Origin: Octopus bimaculoides
Taxonomy: Eukaryota
Length of the DNA stretch: 64,000 nt
Direction: 5' to 3'
Assembly: GCF_001194135.2 (NCBI RefSeq)
Contig: NC_068993.1
Coordinates: 19,738,831 to 19,802,830 of the forward strand
Part shown: positions 27,850-40,656 of the stretch, piece by piece
How positions within the stretch are numbered: the first letter of the stretch is position 1
Layout of the letters: each line of letters opens with the position of its first letter
Made by a program: the position numbers and the translations under genes
The notes under the pieces: generated by a model
What the model saw: the letters and a program-made list of their open reading frames with translations, nothing else
Databases searched by the model: none
What the model was told of the DNA's origin: nothing

Positions 27850-28229
27850 GTAGCCGTATCTGATGTTTCAGAAATTGGCAGTAAAAGTTGACGAAGTGTA
27901 AATAACTCACATGTTAGGTGCTTGTCTTCGGCTGTATTTATTTCCTTCATTTAGATTGTCTATAGTGCTAGCCAAACAATAAAGAGAGGGCTGTCATACA
28001 GAAAGTTCAAATGTCTAGAGTTGAACTACTAGGAATTAATATCGATATTATCGACGTGACTTTCCTTTAAAAAATGATTTTTAATGAGTTGTTCTCTTTG
28101 CTGGTCACCTTTAGAAGCTATGTATCTAACCTTGTAACTTACCTGATCAAAGCGTTCGCTGATAGAAAAGATTATTGCATTGTCAACCGCAGAATATACA
28201 AGTCTGTAATGGTCTCAAATTTTCTATGG

Positions 28230-29620
28230 AAATGTATGTTCACCAATTCCCATTTTAATTTTTCTAGAGATATTTCACTTCCATAGTAATACGACCTCTG
28301 AAACGAAATGTTGGCTTGCAGTCTTTCATACAAATCATCTTAGAGGTTATCGAATGAATCTTTATTCCTTATATCTTTCAATACTTGTTTAGTAATTTCA
28401 GCCAGCCTTTCTCAATCTGTTGATGACATTTTAGATACACTCAGAAGCTTTTATAAATTGTCTGTGAATATAAGAACTGATCGAGATATAGTATGAAGAA
28501 TAAATTAAACATTTTCATTTGAGACTTGCATCCAATTATACAGTACCAAATATTAGCATCCAATTATAGTTGAACATTCTTACCAAAACTTGAACTGGAG
28601 TGAATAATTATCAAGAATTCGTCAAAAGCAAGTAATGAGTAGAGCGTCTATCTAACTCTACTTAAATATACATTATCACCAGAAGTCAATTTTCTTTCAG
28701 ATACTTATGTGCATTTTTTTCGACACTTTATTAGAGTATCAATATAATTTGTATGACGTATCATAGCAAACATTATCTTACTTTGTATTATGAACTTTTG
28801 ACTTTGATGTGTGCCTGATAATGTATTACTAAGGCCTTCGGTTGCTTGTTGTTCTTCTAAACGTTCCTTTACTCCAGTATTTCCCCAAGCATGCTACTCG
28901 GTTTGGCTTTCCTCTACATTAGCATAAGTGTAGTCGCAATCTTTTGAGTGCATCTATGATAATTGAAAATAATTTTTTATATCTAATGAATGATAAAAAC
29001 CAAGAAATTACTCATTGGCCGATTGCTGACCCGAAGATCACTTAATCTAAGTTGTTTTTGTTGGATGTCTCGGTATATTAGTCACTGATAATTGAAAAAG
29101 TTTTATCGATCTAACCAACTAAATCTTTCAGTTATTGTAGAACAGAGCTCAGTTTGCATTGGGTGACTCACGTATCTATCTGTAAGAATTTTGTTGTACT
29201 ACTCCAGAATATGATCAGGAATAGATTCTCTTCGCAGTCGGACACGGTTAAAGAAAGTTAGATTATTCTTCATTGTTGTCTTTGCCTCCAAAGGAAATTT
29301 AGGACTTGTCTGCATTTATTTTCTTACAGTTTCATCGAACAATTCTTCAGCGTTATTACATTACAGAATCTACAGTTTTAATTCGATGGTAGGGGCAGTG
29401 ATTTTCAGGAGGGCCAATAAATCTCAAAACGCTGACAAGTTATTACAATCATTTCGTTTTGTTTTTACAAGTAAAAAATCTTTCAGGTAAAAAGATATTT
29501 TATTTAACACCATCTTGTACATTTGAATTTTCTTTTGCCTAGGAAAAAACATTATCCATGACTGTGGAAATCAAAGCCATTGAACCAAGTTGGTTGAAAA
29601 GATCACTTCTAGTAGTTAGG
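28230..29620 (-). mobile_element. hAT-superfamily (ZMYM1-like, TTF zinc finger + DUF4371) transposase fossil
   Basis: Collinear motifs: FQPTWF (29564-29600), DRYVSHPMQTEL, FSIISD*YTETSNK (29061-29098), E*FLGFY, DALKRLRLHLC*CRG, TGVKERLEEQQ, RILDNYS...W*EC, IIGCKSQM, FTDNL*K and ERLAEITKQVLKDIRNKDSFDNL (28343-28412). Confidence 0.75.
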
Positions 29621-30140
29621 TGCTCTTTCAGAAAAATTGAAATTGATATCTTGATTTATTTTAGAAGTAGAATCAAGTCTGAGAGCTGATTCAGTGGCCT
29701 GGTATACTGATGTTTAATCAACATTTCTAATCAAGACAATGAAGAAAAAAATACTAACAGAAACGATTTTTCGAGAAATAACTGGTTACATGTGTATTTA
29801 TTGGGTGCGGTTTGTTTCAGTAGCTGGTCAGCAGGAACCATAAAGATATTATCAGTCTTGAATGAAAAATATCTCGCATTGAACGATTATTAAATACACT
29901 TCATATCAAGAGAGTTTCCCACTAGACGTTCGGTATTTTGCGAAGGGAAAAGAAAGAGAGCGAAAGTTGGTGATAGAAGAGCGACGTTGTCACACAAGGT
30001 AAGTGAATAAGACATAGAAATATATTAATTATTAACCCACGTTGCACGAGAGATAATATTTACTTTTAGCTGTTCATATATACGTGTGTGTGAGGGTGTG
30101 TGTGGAGGGGGTGTAAGTGTGTGTCATTAATCATTTATCT

Positions 30141-30340
30141 TTAACTTGTTTCAGTCATTAAACTACGGCGACGCTGGGGCATCTCCTTGAAGAATTTTAG
30201 TCAAATGAATCTACCCCAGTACTTTGGATACTTTAAAAACCTGGTACTTATTCTACCGTTCTCTATTCCCAACCGCTAAGTTACGGGGACGTAAACACAC
30301 CGACACCGGTGGTTAAGTGATGGTGGGTGGCAAACACAGA
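30141..30340 (-). mobile_element. SINE-B 3' half, split from its 5' half by a PLE
   Basis: Reverse complement of the SINE-B tail and body (ACTTGTTTCAGTC...GGTACTTATTCTA...AACACACCGACACCGG). Confidence 0.8.
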
Positions 30341-30355
30341 TGCAGAGATACATAC

Positions 30356-32147
30356 ATGCTGGTTTCATTTGATGTAGGGAACTTGTATACTAATATCCCA
30401 CACAACTATGATTTAAAAGCAATTACCTTCTGGCTTGAAAAAGACCCTGAAGAAATCTCAGGACGCATCAGCCGTAATTTCATAATAGCAGCTCTAAAAT
30501 TCATCTTTCTCAACAACTATTTCATGTTTGATACAGTCCACTACCGGAAAAAATGTGGAATTGCAATGGGCACCCGAGCTGCCCCAGTGATTTCAAACCT
30601 TGTAATGGGTTACCTAGAGCTCAAAATATACCACTCATCACTCCAAAAACATGGTACCTCATTCCATTGCTACCTAAAGGAGAACTGGAAGAGATACTTA
30701 GATGATTGTTCTATACTTTGGAACGACAGTATGGACAAACTCATCGATTTTAAAACAATGCTCAACAATATCAACAGCAACATACCATTCACCATGAAAT
30801 ATAGCAATAAACAACTCCCTTTTCTTGACATCCTAATCAAAATAGTCTATAACCGCATTGAAACAGACATCTTCTATAAGCCCACAGATTCCAAACAATA
30901 CCTATTATTCAATTTGTGCCACCCAAAACATATAAAAAGCAAAATATTCCTTATAATCTAGCAAAAAGAATCTGTACCATTGTCTCGGACTCCAATATTC
31001 TTGAACAAAGACTCCTTGAACTCAAATCTATATTAATCAAAAGACATTACCCAATACCATTAATAAATGAAAGAATTAAACGAGCAAAATTAATCTACAT
31101 CCAAACTTTATGGAAAGCCCACCGAAATACCACACCAGACTTCAAAATACTCCCATACATCTTCACACACACAATCCTAAGAACAATGAGGCCTTCAACA
31201 TCATCACCCAAAATCTTCCCATTCTCACAAAGGATAAAACAATGAAAAAAATTCTAGACTCATATAAAATTATAAAGAGAATAATACAACCAAAATCATT
31301 GAAAAAATATTAACCAGTGCAAGACTATATCCATCAACAACAGAACCAGTGAAAAAATGTGAATGACTTAACTGTGGAACATGCCCCCACATTTTGGAGA
31401 GCAAAGAGTTTCACTTTAAACAAGGAGGTATTTTTAAAGTAAAATCAAATTTCACCTTTGCTTCCCAAAACGTAATGTATGCCATGACATGCCTAGGATG
31501 TGGTAGTAACAATGTAGGACAAACTGGATTATCGTTACGCCGAAGAACAACTCTTCATAGAGAACAAATCCGCTACCCATAATACAGACAGTTACAAGTC
31601 AGTAAACATATAAAAAGATGTGCTAAGAATATTATACCTAGCTTCCTGATATTCCCTTTTTACCAATGTTCACAGAACACCTCAGTGCAGCAAAGACTAA
31701 ATAAAGAGGCATTCTTCATCAATAAATATCATCCATAACTCAACATGAACACACAATCCAACACAGGACACTACTGCTTCAATAATTCCAACACCCTTAC
31801 CCTCCAGTATTATCTCCTTTCTCTACCCCAATTATATCACATCCATAACTGCTTACCTACTTTGCATCTAATTCTCTCTACCAGAGATTATTAGACCTGA
31901 TACTGTTTTGACGCCGTTTTAGTCAAAGAAAGATGAACGGCGCTTGGTCGCGAAACTGGTATTTTTATTTTGAAATTTTTAAAAAACAACAATAATGACT
32001 CATTACCCAACCTAATTCAACTAATTGTATGTATTTAAATTTTTCCTTGTACATAAAAAGTTTTTAATTTTTATACTTGATGTGCATTTTCATTTTTTGT
32101 CTTTTCTATCTATTTACACCACGTGTAACCTCCTCAAATCCACTTTC

Positions 32148-32150
<3 letters not shown>
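30356..32150 (+). mobile_element. 5'-truncated Penelope-like element: RT, GIY-YIG endonuclease and 3' terminal region (frameshifted)
   Basis: SFDVGNLYTNIP, GIAMGTRAAPVISNLVMG, RYLDD, LPFLDI, YKPTDSKQYL...CHPKH; then CGTCPH, NVMYAMTCLGCGSNNVGQTG.SLRRR...H and RLNKEAFFINKYHP.LN ending at about 31750. Confidence 0.9.
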
Positions 32151-32184
<34 letters not shown>

Positions 32185-32337
32185 ACGGGCTTCTTTCAGA
32201 CTACCGAATCCTTTCACAAGACTTTAGTCGGCCCAAGTCTATAGTAGAAGCCATTTGTCCAAAGTGCCATGCAGTGGGACTGACCTGGAACGTTGTAGTT
32301 AAGAAGTAAACTTCTTGCCACATGGACACACCTGCGC
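32185..32337 (-). mobile_element. SINE-B 5' half
   Basis: Minus strand GCGCAGGTGTGTCCATGTGGCAAGAAG...CAGTCCCACTGCATGGCAC...GAAAGAAGCCCGT followed by (TA)n. Confidence 0.8.
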
Positions 32338-32338
32338 A

Positions 32339-32397
<59 letters not shown>

Positions 32398-33118
32398 ATG
32401 TGTATATTATTTAGTATCCGCTTGAATCAGCTCCATACAACTTAAAGATTCGTAGGATCATAGAACAAACCTATATAGTCAGGTATCAAGATGCCTGGCG
32501 AGTTATTTTCGTTCCACAAGAATGGAACTGAATAAAACTGTTATTGAATAATATATGTAACTCCTACAAAACTACAAAATGTTTTGAGAGCCACTTCTAT
32601 TTTCTGTAACCAACAAGAGGCAACTACAGTGGCATAATTAATCTTAAAATTTATCGACTCCAGAATTTGTTCTGCAGAGATAAGATGAGAAAGTGTGAAG
32701 ACATCACTAGTTGTCACTTAGCGTGATAAAAAAGATATCAGACATTTTTTCAAGCATACAAGTTAAATTTTATGTCAAATTAATTCCTAATTTTTAAAAG
32801 TATTCTCCCATTCTCTTCAGATTCGCTAACAGCTGCCATTACGCTTGTATTTTACTTCTCTAACTAAAAAGCAAATTTGAAGAAATAACCAGAAATTATG
32901 AATGCATGTGTATATACTTAAATATGTATACATTTGTATATTTGCATGTATGTTTGTATATTTCTAGGTATGTATATATGTATGCATGTTTATTAATGTA
33001 TGTATGCATATGTCATGCATGTATATATGTATGTTTATGTATGAGTATAGATAAATAGATATTTATAAATATACATATATATACACATTTTACAGATCCA
33101 CATATATTGCACATATAC

Positions 33119-33161
<43 letters not shown>

Positions 33162-33671
33162 NNNNNNNNNNNNNNNNNNNNNNNNNNNNNNNNNNNNNNN
33201 NNNNNNNNNNNNNNNNNNNNNNNNNNNNNNNNNNNNNNNNNNNNNNNNNNNNNNNNNNNNNNNNNNNNNNNNNNNNNNNNNNNNNNNNNNNNNNNNNNNN
33301 NNNNNNNNNNNNNNNNNNNNNNNNNNNNNNNNNNNNNNNNNNNNNNNNNNNNNNNNNNNNNNNNNNNNNNNNNNNNNNNNNNNNNNNNNNNNNNNNNNNN
33401 NNNNNNNNNNNNNNNNNNNNNNNNNNNNNNNNNNNNNNNNNNNNNNNNNNNNNNNNNNNNNNNNNNNNNNNNNNNNNNNNNNNNNNNNNNNNNNNNNNNN
33501 NNTGTGTATATACTTAAATATGTATACATTTGTATATTTGCATGTATGTTTGTATATTTCTAGGTATGTATATATGTATGTATCATTTCTCACTTGTAAA
33601 ACACTCTATGCGGATTCCATTACAGAAACGTGTGTATACACAAGATAATGCTGTTCACACAACTCTACACA

Positions 33672-33743
<72 letters not shown>

Positions 33744-34291
33744 AGCACGCACGCGCATGCGGATTTTTACGCACTCATACAAGTATACAAGCGCACATAC
33801 ATTCCAGTGTGCAAGCACTCATACTTGGTGAAACTCATTAGTGCATTGTGTCTCAGCAATTCGCACCTGATAGTAATAATTAGGCAATCTAATAGCACCG
33901 CAGCTATTTTCGATCACTGAATTGATTACTAAAGATTGGTTACCATGGTGACAACCTAACTGATATTAATAATGTCATATTCCCAGAAACTTTCATCAGT
34001 GTATGGTTTCTCAGGCTATTTTTGTTGATATTTTTAATTGAGAAGCTAAAGTCCACACATCTCCCTTCTCAAACATAACCTAGTTGTTGAGTGCCAGAGA
34101 TGAAGCTCTGTAATATTCTTTTCTGCTCTGTTTAATATAGGTTAAAGTGAAATATTTGGTGTGAAAGCAATTCCGCATCATGAACTAATTATCAATATTT
34201 AATAGTCATAACTTAGAGCTATGACTTATGGAGTCCATAATTAGTTATTAACATTATTACATCAGAAGTGGATAGTATAGACTTTTAACGG

Positions 34292-34729
34292 TTACTTGTT
34301 CCAGTCATTAGAGTGCGGACACGCTGGGGCACAGCCTTGAAGAATCTTTAGTCGACTGAATCAATCTCAGTATTTATTGTGTTTCATTTCTTTTACTTTA
34401 AGCTTGGTACTTATTCTAGCGGTCTGTTTGCCGAATTGCTAAGTCACGGGGACATAAACACATCAACACCGGTGGTCAAGCGGTAGTAGGGGAGACACAT
34501 TGGCACAAAGACACATACAAACACATAATATATATATATATATATCCATATATATATATATATATGACGGGTTTCTTTCAGTTTCCGTCTACCAAATTCT
34601 CTCACAAGGATTTGCTCGGCCCCAGGCTAAAGTAGATGAAACTTGCCCAAGGTGCCACGCAGGGGTAATGAACCTGAAACCATGTGGTAAGGAAGAAAGT
34701 GTCTTACCATAGAGCCATGCGAGCACCTA
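34292..34729 (-). mobile_element. Full-length SINE-B with internal (TA)n
   Basis: Head at 34729, internal TA tract at about 34527-34565, tail at 34292. Confidence 0.85.
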
Positions 34730-35449
34730 ATCGATAATATTTTATGATATTCAGTTAAATTTCTTTATTCTTTACACTGTGAGTTCAAATCCTGTTTATT
34801 ATGATTCATAATCCATTGCTCATAGTTAAAATGATAGCTGTATAATAATTTGGATATAATCCAATATAACTTCGAATATAGGGCAGGGCATAGCGATAGT
34901 CGAATAAATGAAGTAGTTAAGGAAATAGTAAAAGAAGTACAATGAAGGAAGGAGGTGGGAGAATTATTTTAGAATACTGAGAAAAAAAAAAAGGATTTGG
35001 TTAAGTCTGTTATCTTTCCAGTTGAAATCCCGTCGGATTTTACTTCCTTGGTCGATGAAAAATATACCAGAAATATAAGGTGGTCGATTTGACCAACTGA
35101 TTCCACTTCCAAAAACTTCCATATTCGTGTAGGGAATCAGTTAATGCAGGTGGAGCAGAAACTTGACTGATACTTTCAGTTAGATCTGTCAAGCATCATT
35201 TGGCAATTAATTGAAACTTGCAGATGTATTTGTTTCCCACCAACTAAAACAAGCAGTTATCGGTCAAAATGTGTCACATGGTCAAATATGTGATAAGACA
35301 GAATTATTATTGGATAGGCATATATGATGTAAAATCATCCAGTCTAGACCAATAAGTCATCAAATAGCAGTTATTCTTCGATGCTTGTTAGGTTTGATTG
35401 CCACAGAATTGAATCTGTACTTCCTTGATCTATTAAAGTAAGGACTTTC

Positions 35450-35900
35450 TTTATAATACTTCATATTACTGGAGGATATTCTGGCCCTTGGCCCCTTCGT
35501 TGATGACGAATTTTGACAAAGATTTGGACCTCCTCCTCTTTTGATCTCAATAGGTGCAGATGCACCCTTATTAACTTGAGGCAAAGACAAGATTTTGAGA
35601 CATCAACTTCCAAAAGAATTACACGATACCCTTCAAACATTCTTCCGAATATTTGCAAGTAAAACAAAGAGCAACACTTTAAACTCATGATTAACATCAT
35701 TAAAACCAAATGAAAACACTCTCCTGCTTATAGCATCATACACAGAGGCGATGAGATTAATTCCCAACTAAAAACAGATACTGCGTGGAACAATCTTCTC
35801 CATGCTCAAATCTTATATTACTCTTAAAGAACACAAATCAAGTTTGTCCTCCGGCTTCAAATGCATATTAACCAAATCTTCTACATTTTCGCCGAATTAA
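35450..35900 (-). mobile_element. Possible decayed Tx1/L1-like LINE C-terminal fragment
   Basis: VFSFGFNDVNHEFKVLLFVLLANIRKNV*R loosely resembles the post-zinc-finger region of Tx1/L1 ORF2. Confidence 0.3.
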
Positions 35901-36479
35901 ACTCAATCACTAGGAGATGTATGAGACAAGAATAATAAGATTGTTATACTTTTTTTTTTTACTTAGTGGTATCATGGATTCGGAAACTAGCTGTTATGCA
36001 GATTTACTTGACATTGTGAATTTGTATCCTTCTGTTTCTAAATCCCTCTTCCTGAAATTCTAAAATCCACTGCAGTTATCGATTTTGTTTCCAGAATAAT
36101 AATGAAGCCTAAGAAATAACTGTCATTACTAGAAGGTTTCTACTGAAACAACAAGAAGGTTAATAATTTGTTTCCACACCTTCATTGATAGTTACAATGA
36201 AGTTGAGATAGTTGACCGCACGGTATTGTTCGTTCTTGGCATCCTCAGAGGGCACGCACTTACTTTCCATAACTACTGATTACAAAGAGATGACAGTTTA
36301 AAAGTCTCATGTGATATGAATGAATATGCTATGAATACATTTAGTAAGGACTGAATACGATTATCTAAGGAATTTTATTTAAACGTAACTATTTGTTCTA
36401 ACTTAACTGTAGCAAGCTTCTTAAACAGAGCATTAAATTTAAACACAAACAAACACAAGTACTACAGAAAGTCTTATGA

Positions 36480-36900
36480 AGACACCATAGGCAGGCACAC
36501 AATATCAACCACCCTCCTGTCATAATTAAGAGACTTGCAGAAGGGGTAAGTAGGAGTGTTTCTGATCACTGCTTCGACAGGAAACCATTTAACAAGTTTA
36601 TCACAACTATTATGACACACTAGCCAGGAGTGAGAAGGTAGTAGATACAGGCAACTCAAACACTCACGCGAGAATAAATAAACTGAGAAAGATAATTTAG
36701 TTCTATCAGCCATTCAACTTCATTGCTACAAGCAATTTAAGCAGAAGTTTCCTGGGACTCACAAGATAGCATTTTCCAATCAGACATAATTACAACGAAT
36801 TTTCAGCGCACATAATGGTAAGATCAGAGGTTTTTGCATACACAACGTCATTATTAGATCACACACTATAACTGAAAGCACGCAATCTCTACGGACCTTA
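36480..36900 (+). mobile_element. PLE RT C-terminal/linker fragment
   Basis: NHPPVIIKRLAEGVSR and RKII*FYQPFNFIATSNLSRSFLGL..*HFP match the PLE patterns SNHPP.IIK.LP..+..R and RKIIWFNPPF...V.TN+G+.FL.L+..HFP. Confidence 0.65.
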
Positions 36901-37843
36901 AACCAACACCCAACTATGTCTATACCCTTCTTACTGCCGACTCAGTGAATCATGTTTTTCCAAAACAATGCATCGACCATCTACAAAAGCCTGGGACTAT
37001 ATTGTAGAGAATGACGCGGGATTCACTATATTGTAGAGAATGACACGGCATTTACAGAGATCGCTTTCAGTTTATAAATAAGCACTGGGACCAAGGATCG
37101 AAGCCCCACAGCAATATAGAATATTGTGAACAAAGCCAAACTGTCGATAGCAGGTTTTGCCTATCTGAAATATTCATTGTATGAAATCAAATAAAACATA
37201 GCTTATATATATATATATATNNNNNNNNNNNNNNNNNNNNNNNNNNNNNNNNNNNNNNNNNNNNNNNNNNNNNNNNNNNNNNNNNNNNNNNNNNNNNNNN
37301 NNNNNNNNNNNNNNNNNNNNNNNNNNNNNNNNNNNNNNNNNNNNNNNNNNNNNNNNNNNNNNNNNNNNNNNNNNNNNNNNNNNNNNNNNNNNNNNNNNNN
37401 NNNNNNNNNNNNNNNNNNNNNNNNNNNNNNNNNNNNNNNNNNNNNNNNNNNNNNNNNNNNNNNNNNNNNNNNNNNNNNNNNNNNNNNNNNNNNNNNNNNN
37501 NNNNNNNNNNNNNNNNNNNNNNNNNNNNNNNNNNNNNNNNNNNNNNNNNNNNNNNNNNNNNNNNNNNNNNNNNNNNNNNNNNNNNNNNNNNNNNNNNNNN
37601 NNNNNNNNNNNNNNNNNNNNNNNNNNNNNNNNNNNNNNNNNNNNNNNNNNNNNNNNNNNNNNNNNNNNNNNNNNNNNNNNNNNNNNNNNNNNNNNNNNNN
37701 NNNNNNNNNNNNNNNNNNNNNNNNNNNNNNNNNNNNNNNNNNNNNNNNNNNNNNNNNNNNNNNNNNNNNNNNNNNNNNNNNNNNNNNNNNNNNNNNNNNN
37801 NNNNNNNNNNNNNNNNNNNNNNNNTATATAAGTATATGATTAT

Positions 37844-38398
37844 AAAATATTATTATAATTAAGAGCTCTAAATTGCCAGCGCCTATGCGTTAAAAGTAGA
37901 TGTCAAATACCTACAATCCACTCTAAATTAGTTCTCTAGCCACTGATATAATCATTTTAATGACGATATCCTTAATTTATAAGTATAAATATTTTTTTAG
38001 TTCTCTAGTCATTACATTATACTGCGGGATTGTATTTACCCTGTATGATTTCTGACATTAACCACATGGTGGAGAGGGGCTAGTAGACAGAATGTATACG
38101 GAGCAACTGCATGTATATATTGGTGTCTACGAATATATTTATCGGTATGTATATATATATTTTTTGTTTATATGCTTATCGGTGTATTTCTACAGAGGAC
38201 CGCAAAGCAATTTCTATTGCAGAGCATGAAATCTTAAGATACAGGATTATCCGAAAGTTTAAAATCTTCTTGCCGATTACCTTGCATCCGACCTAGGGTT
38301 ATAAATAGAGGACTAATTTAGAGTGGATTGTAGGTATTTGACATCTACTTCTAGCGTATAGGCGCTGGCATTCCAGAACCCTTAACTATAATTATTTT
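37844..38398. mobile_element. Foldback/MITE-like element with about 95-bp inverted arms
   Basis: 37844-37939 is the approximate reverse complement of 38305-38398 (core GAGTGGATTGTAGGTATTTGACATCTACTT identical). Confidence 0.7.
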
Positions 38399-38492
38399 TT
38401 CAAAATTATGTACTTAAAAATTAATTTTACCGATAGGGTCACTTTTTATATTCTCAGTTTATAAATATATGTATATGTATATGTATATATAT

Positions 38493-39200
38493 GAATTTTA
38501 TCATTATTAATAAATTATAGGGTAGCAAAAAAATTTTAGAAATTTTATTTACCACCAGTGGTCTAGCGAGAGTAAAGAAACAGTCAATAGACTATGTATT
38601 ATTCATTTAAAATGCAGAGATGCCTATAATAGGACATCTAACCCGCTAGAAATAGCAGCAAAAGACTACATACCACAAAAATTAGGGATAATTTCGAAAG
38701 GGAATGAAAATTTAAAACATTTACCAATCTATATTCTGTACCATGGTTTCAAGTCAATTTTAGTAAGATAAAAATTATATATCTTACAAGGTCGGACTAT
38801 CATCAGCAGAAATGACCAGACAACATATGAAGCACGAGTCAATAAGCAGCATGGTTCGTGTTCCTATGTCTAATTTTTCAAAACATACCGCGTATTTGCG
38901 GTTTACTAATCGGCAACAAATACAAAAATGCCGATTTTCTTTCAGAAAATTAGCCAAAAAGAATTTTATCATTATTAATAAATTATAGGGTAGCAAAAAA
39001 ATTTTAGAAATTTTATTTATCACCGGTGGTCTAGCGAGAGTACAGAAACAATCAATAGACTATGTATTATTCATTTAAAATGCAGAGATGCCTATAATAG
39101 GACATCTAACCCGCTAGAAATAGCAGCAAAAGACTACATACCACAAAAATTAGGGATAATTTCGAAAGGGAATGAAAAATAAAAACATTTACCAATCTAT
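38493..39200. repeat. 240-bp near-identical direct repeat separated by 228 bp of unique sequence
   Basis: 38493-38732 and 38961-39200 differ at only a handful of positions. Confidence 0.9.
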
Positions 39201-39414
39201 GTATATATATGTATATATATGTATATATATGTATAGAAATTCAAATTACGATAATCGTAAACAAACAAACGAAGTTTGCATTTAGAAGCGTTGAGATGTC
39301 TTAGAAAGTTAAAGAAGTGATTTTAAATTCTCACTCACGGGATAATGCTAATAATATAGCCTGAACAGGATAAACTACGCCTATTTTGCAGAAAAAAGTG
39401 TAGATGTATATAGA

Positions 39415-39450
<36 letters not shown>

Positions 39451-39451
<1 letters not shown>

Positions 39452-39600
39452 AGCATCTTTCAGTTTTCATCTACCGAATCCACTCATAGTGCTTTGGTTG
39501 GCCCGCGGTTATAGTAGAAGACACTTGCCCAAGGAGCCACGCAGTGGGACTGAACCCAGAACCATGTGGTTGGAAAGCTAGCTTCATACCACATATGCAG
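39451..39600 (-). mobile_element. SINE-B 5' half
   Basis: TAGTAGAAGACACTTGCCCAAGGAGCCACGCAGTGGGACTGAACCCAGAACCATGTGGTTGG is the reverse complement of the SINE-B head. Confidence 0.85.
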
Positions 39601-40000
39601 GTGTAGTGAATGTAAAATAGTTGTGTGCATATTATATTTGACAAAATGGTGTACAAACGCTCATGTCTGAATGACATTACACTTCCTTGAATCTGAATAA
39701 GCAGAGCTATTTACTCAAGCATACATATGAACTCATACAATTACATACACTCATCTGTTATCTATATCTCAATTCTTCACACATGCATATTTATCAGAAC
39801 ATCGTATGCATTCGTTCGATTGATTACGTACAACTCATATAATTGCAAATACATATATACATGCAAATATGCATCAATATTTCAATATTTTATCCGAGTG
39901 CAATGAGATAAACGTACATCGCATTGCAACGCACGTAACTCAAATGCAGATTATTAAAATTAAATACACACTGTTGTTATTGCATACAAATATGTATGTA

Positions 40001-40034
<34 letters not shown>

Positions 40035-40656
40035 NNNNNNNNNNNNNNNNNNNNNNNNNNNNNNNNNNNNNNNNNNNNNNNNNNNNNNNNNNNNNNNNNN
40101 NNNNNNNNNNNNNNNNNNNNNNNNNNNNNNNNNNNNNNNNNNNNNNNNNNNNNNNNNNNNNNNNNNNNNNNNNNNNNNNNNNNNNNNNNNNNNNNNNNNN
40201 NNNNNNNNNNNNNNNNNNNNNNNNNNNNNNNNNNNNNNNNNNNNNNNNNNNNNNNNNNNNNNNNNNNNNNNNNNNNNNNNNNNNNNNNNNNNNNNNNNNN
40301 NNNNNNNNNNNNNNNNNNNNNNNNNNNNNNNNNNNNNNNNNNNNNNNNNNNNNNNNNNNNNNNNNNNNNNNNNNNNNNNNNNNNNNNNNNNNNNNNNNNN
40401 NNNNNNATATATATACTTTCATCCACACACGCGTATATGTATTTATTTATATATATATATGTATATTTGTGCGTGCATGTATGCATGTATACTTACTCGT
40501 GATTTTATAAAAGTATTTCCAAACACATTCGTATGCATTCAGTGTCACGCCAAGTTATATACAGCTCCGTGCAATGTTAACGTTATATACAATCCCACAC
40601 TTATAGCAGTGTAATGCATAAGTATATACTTACGTACTCGGATAATGGCATTTATA

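Noticed and set aside
32907-33580. 78-bp identical duplication (32907-32984 and 33503-33580)
   Set aside because: The second copy starts exactly at a gap edge in low-complexity DNA; probably an assembly or haplotype artefact.
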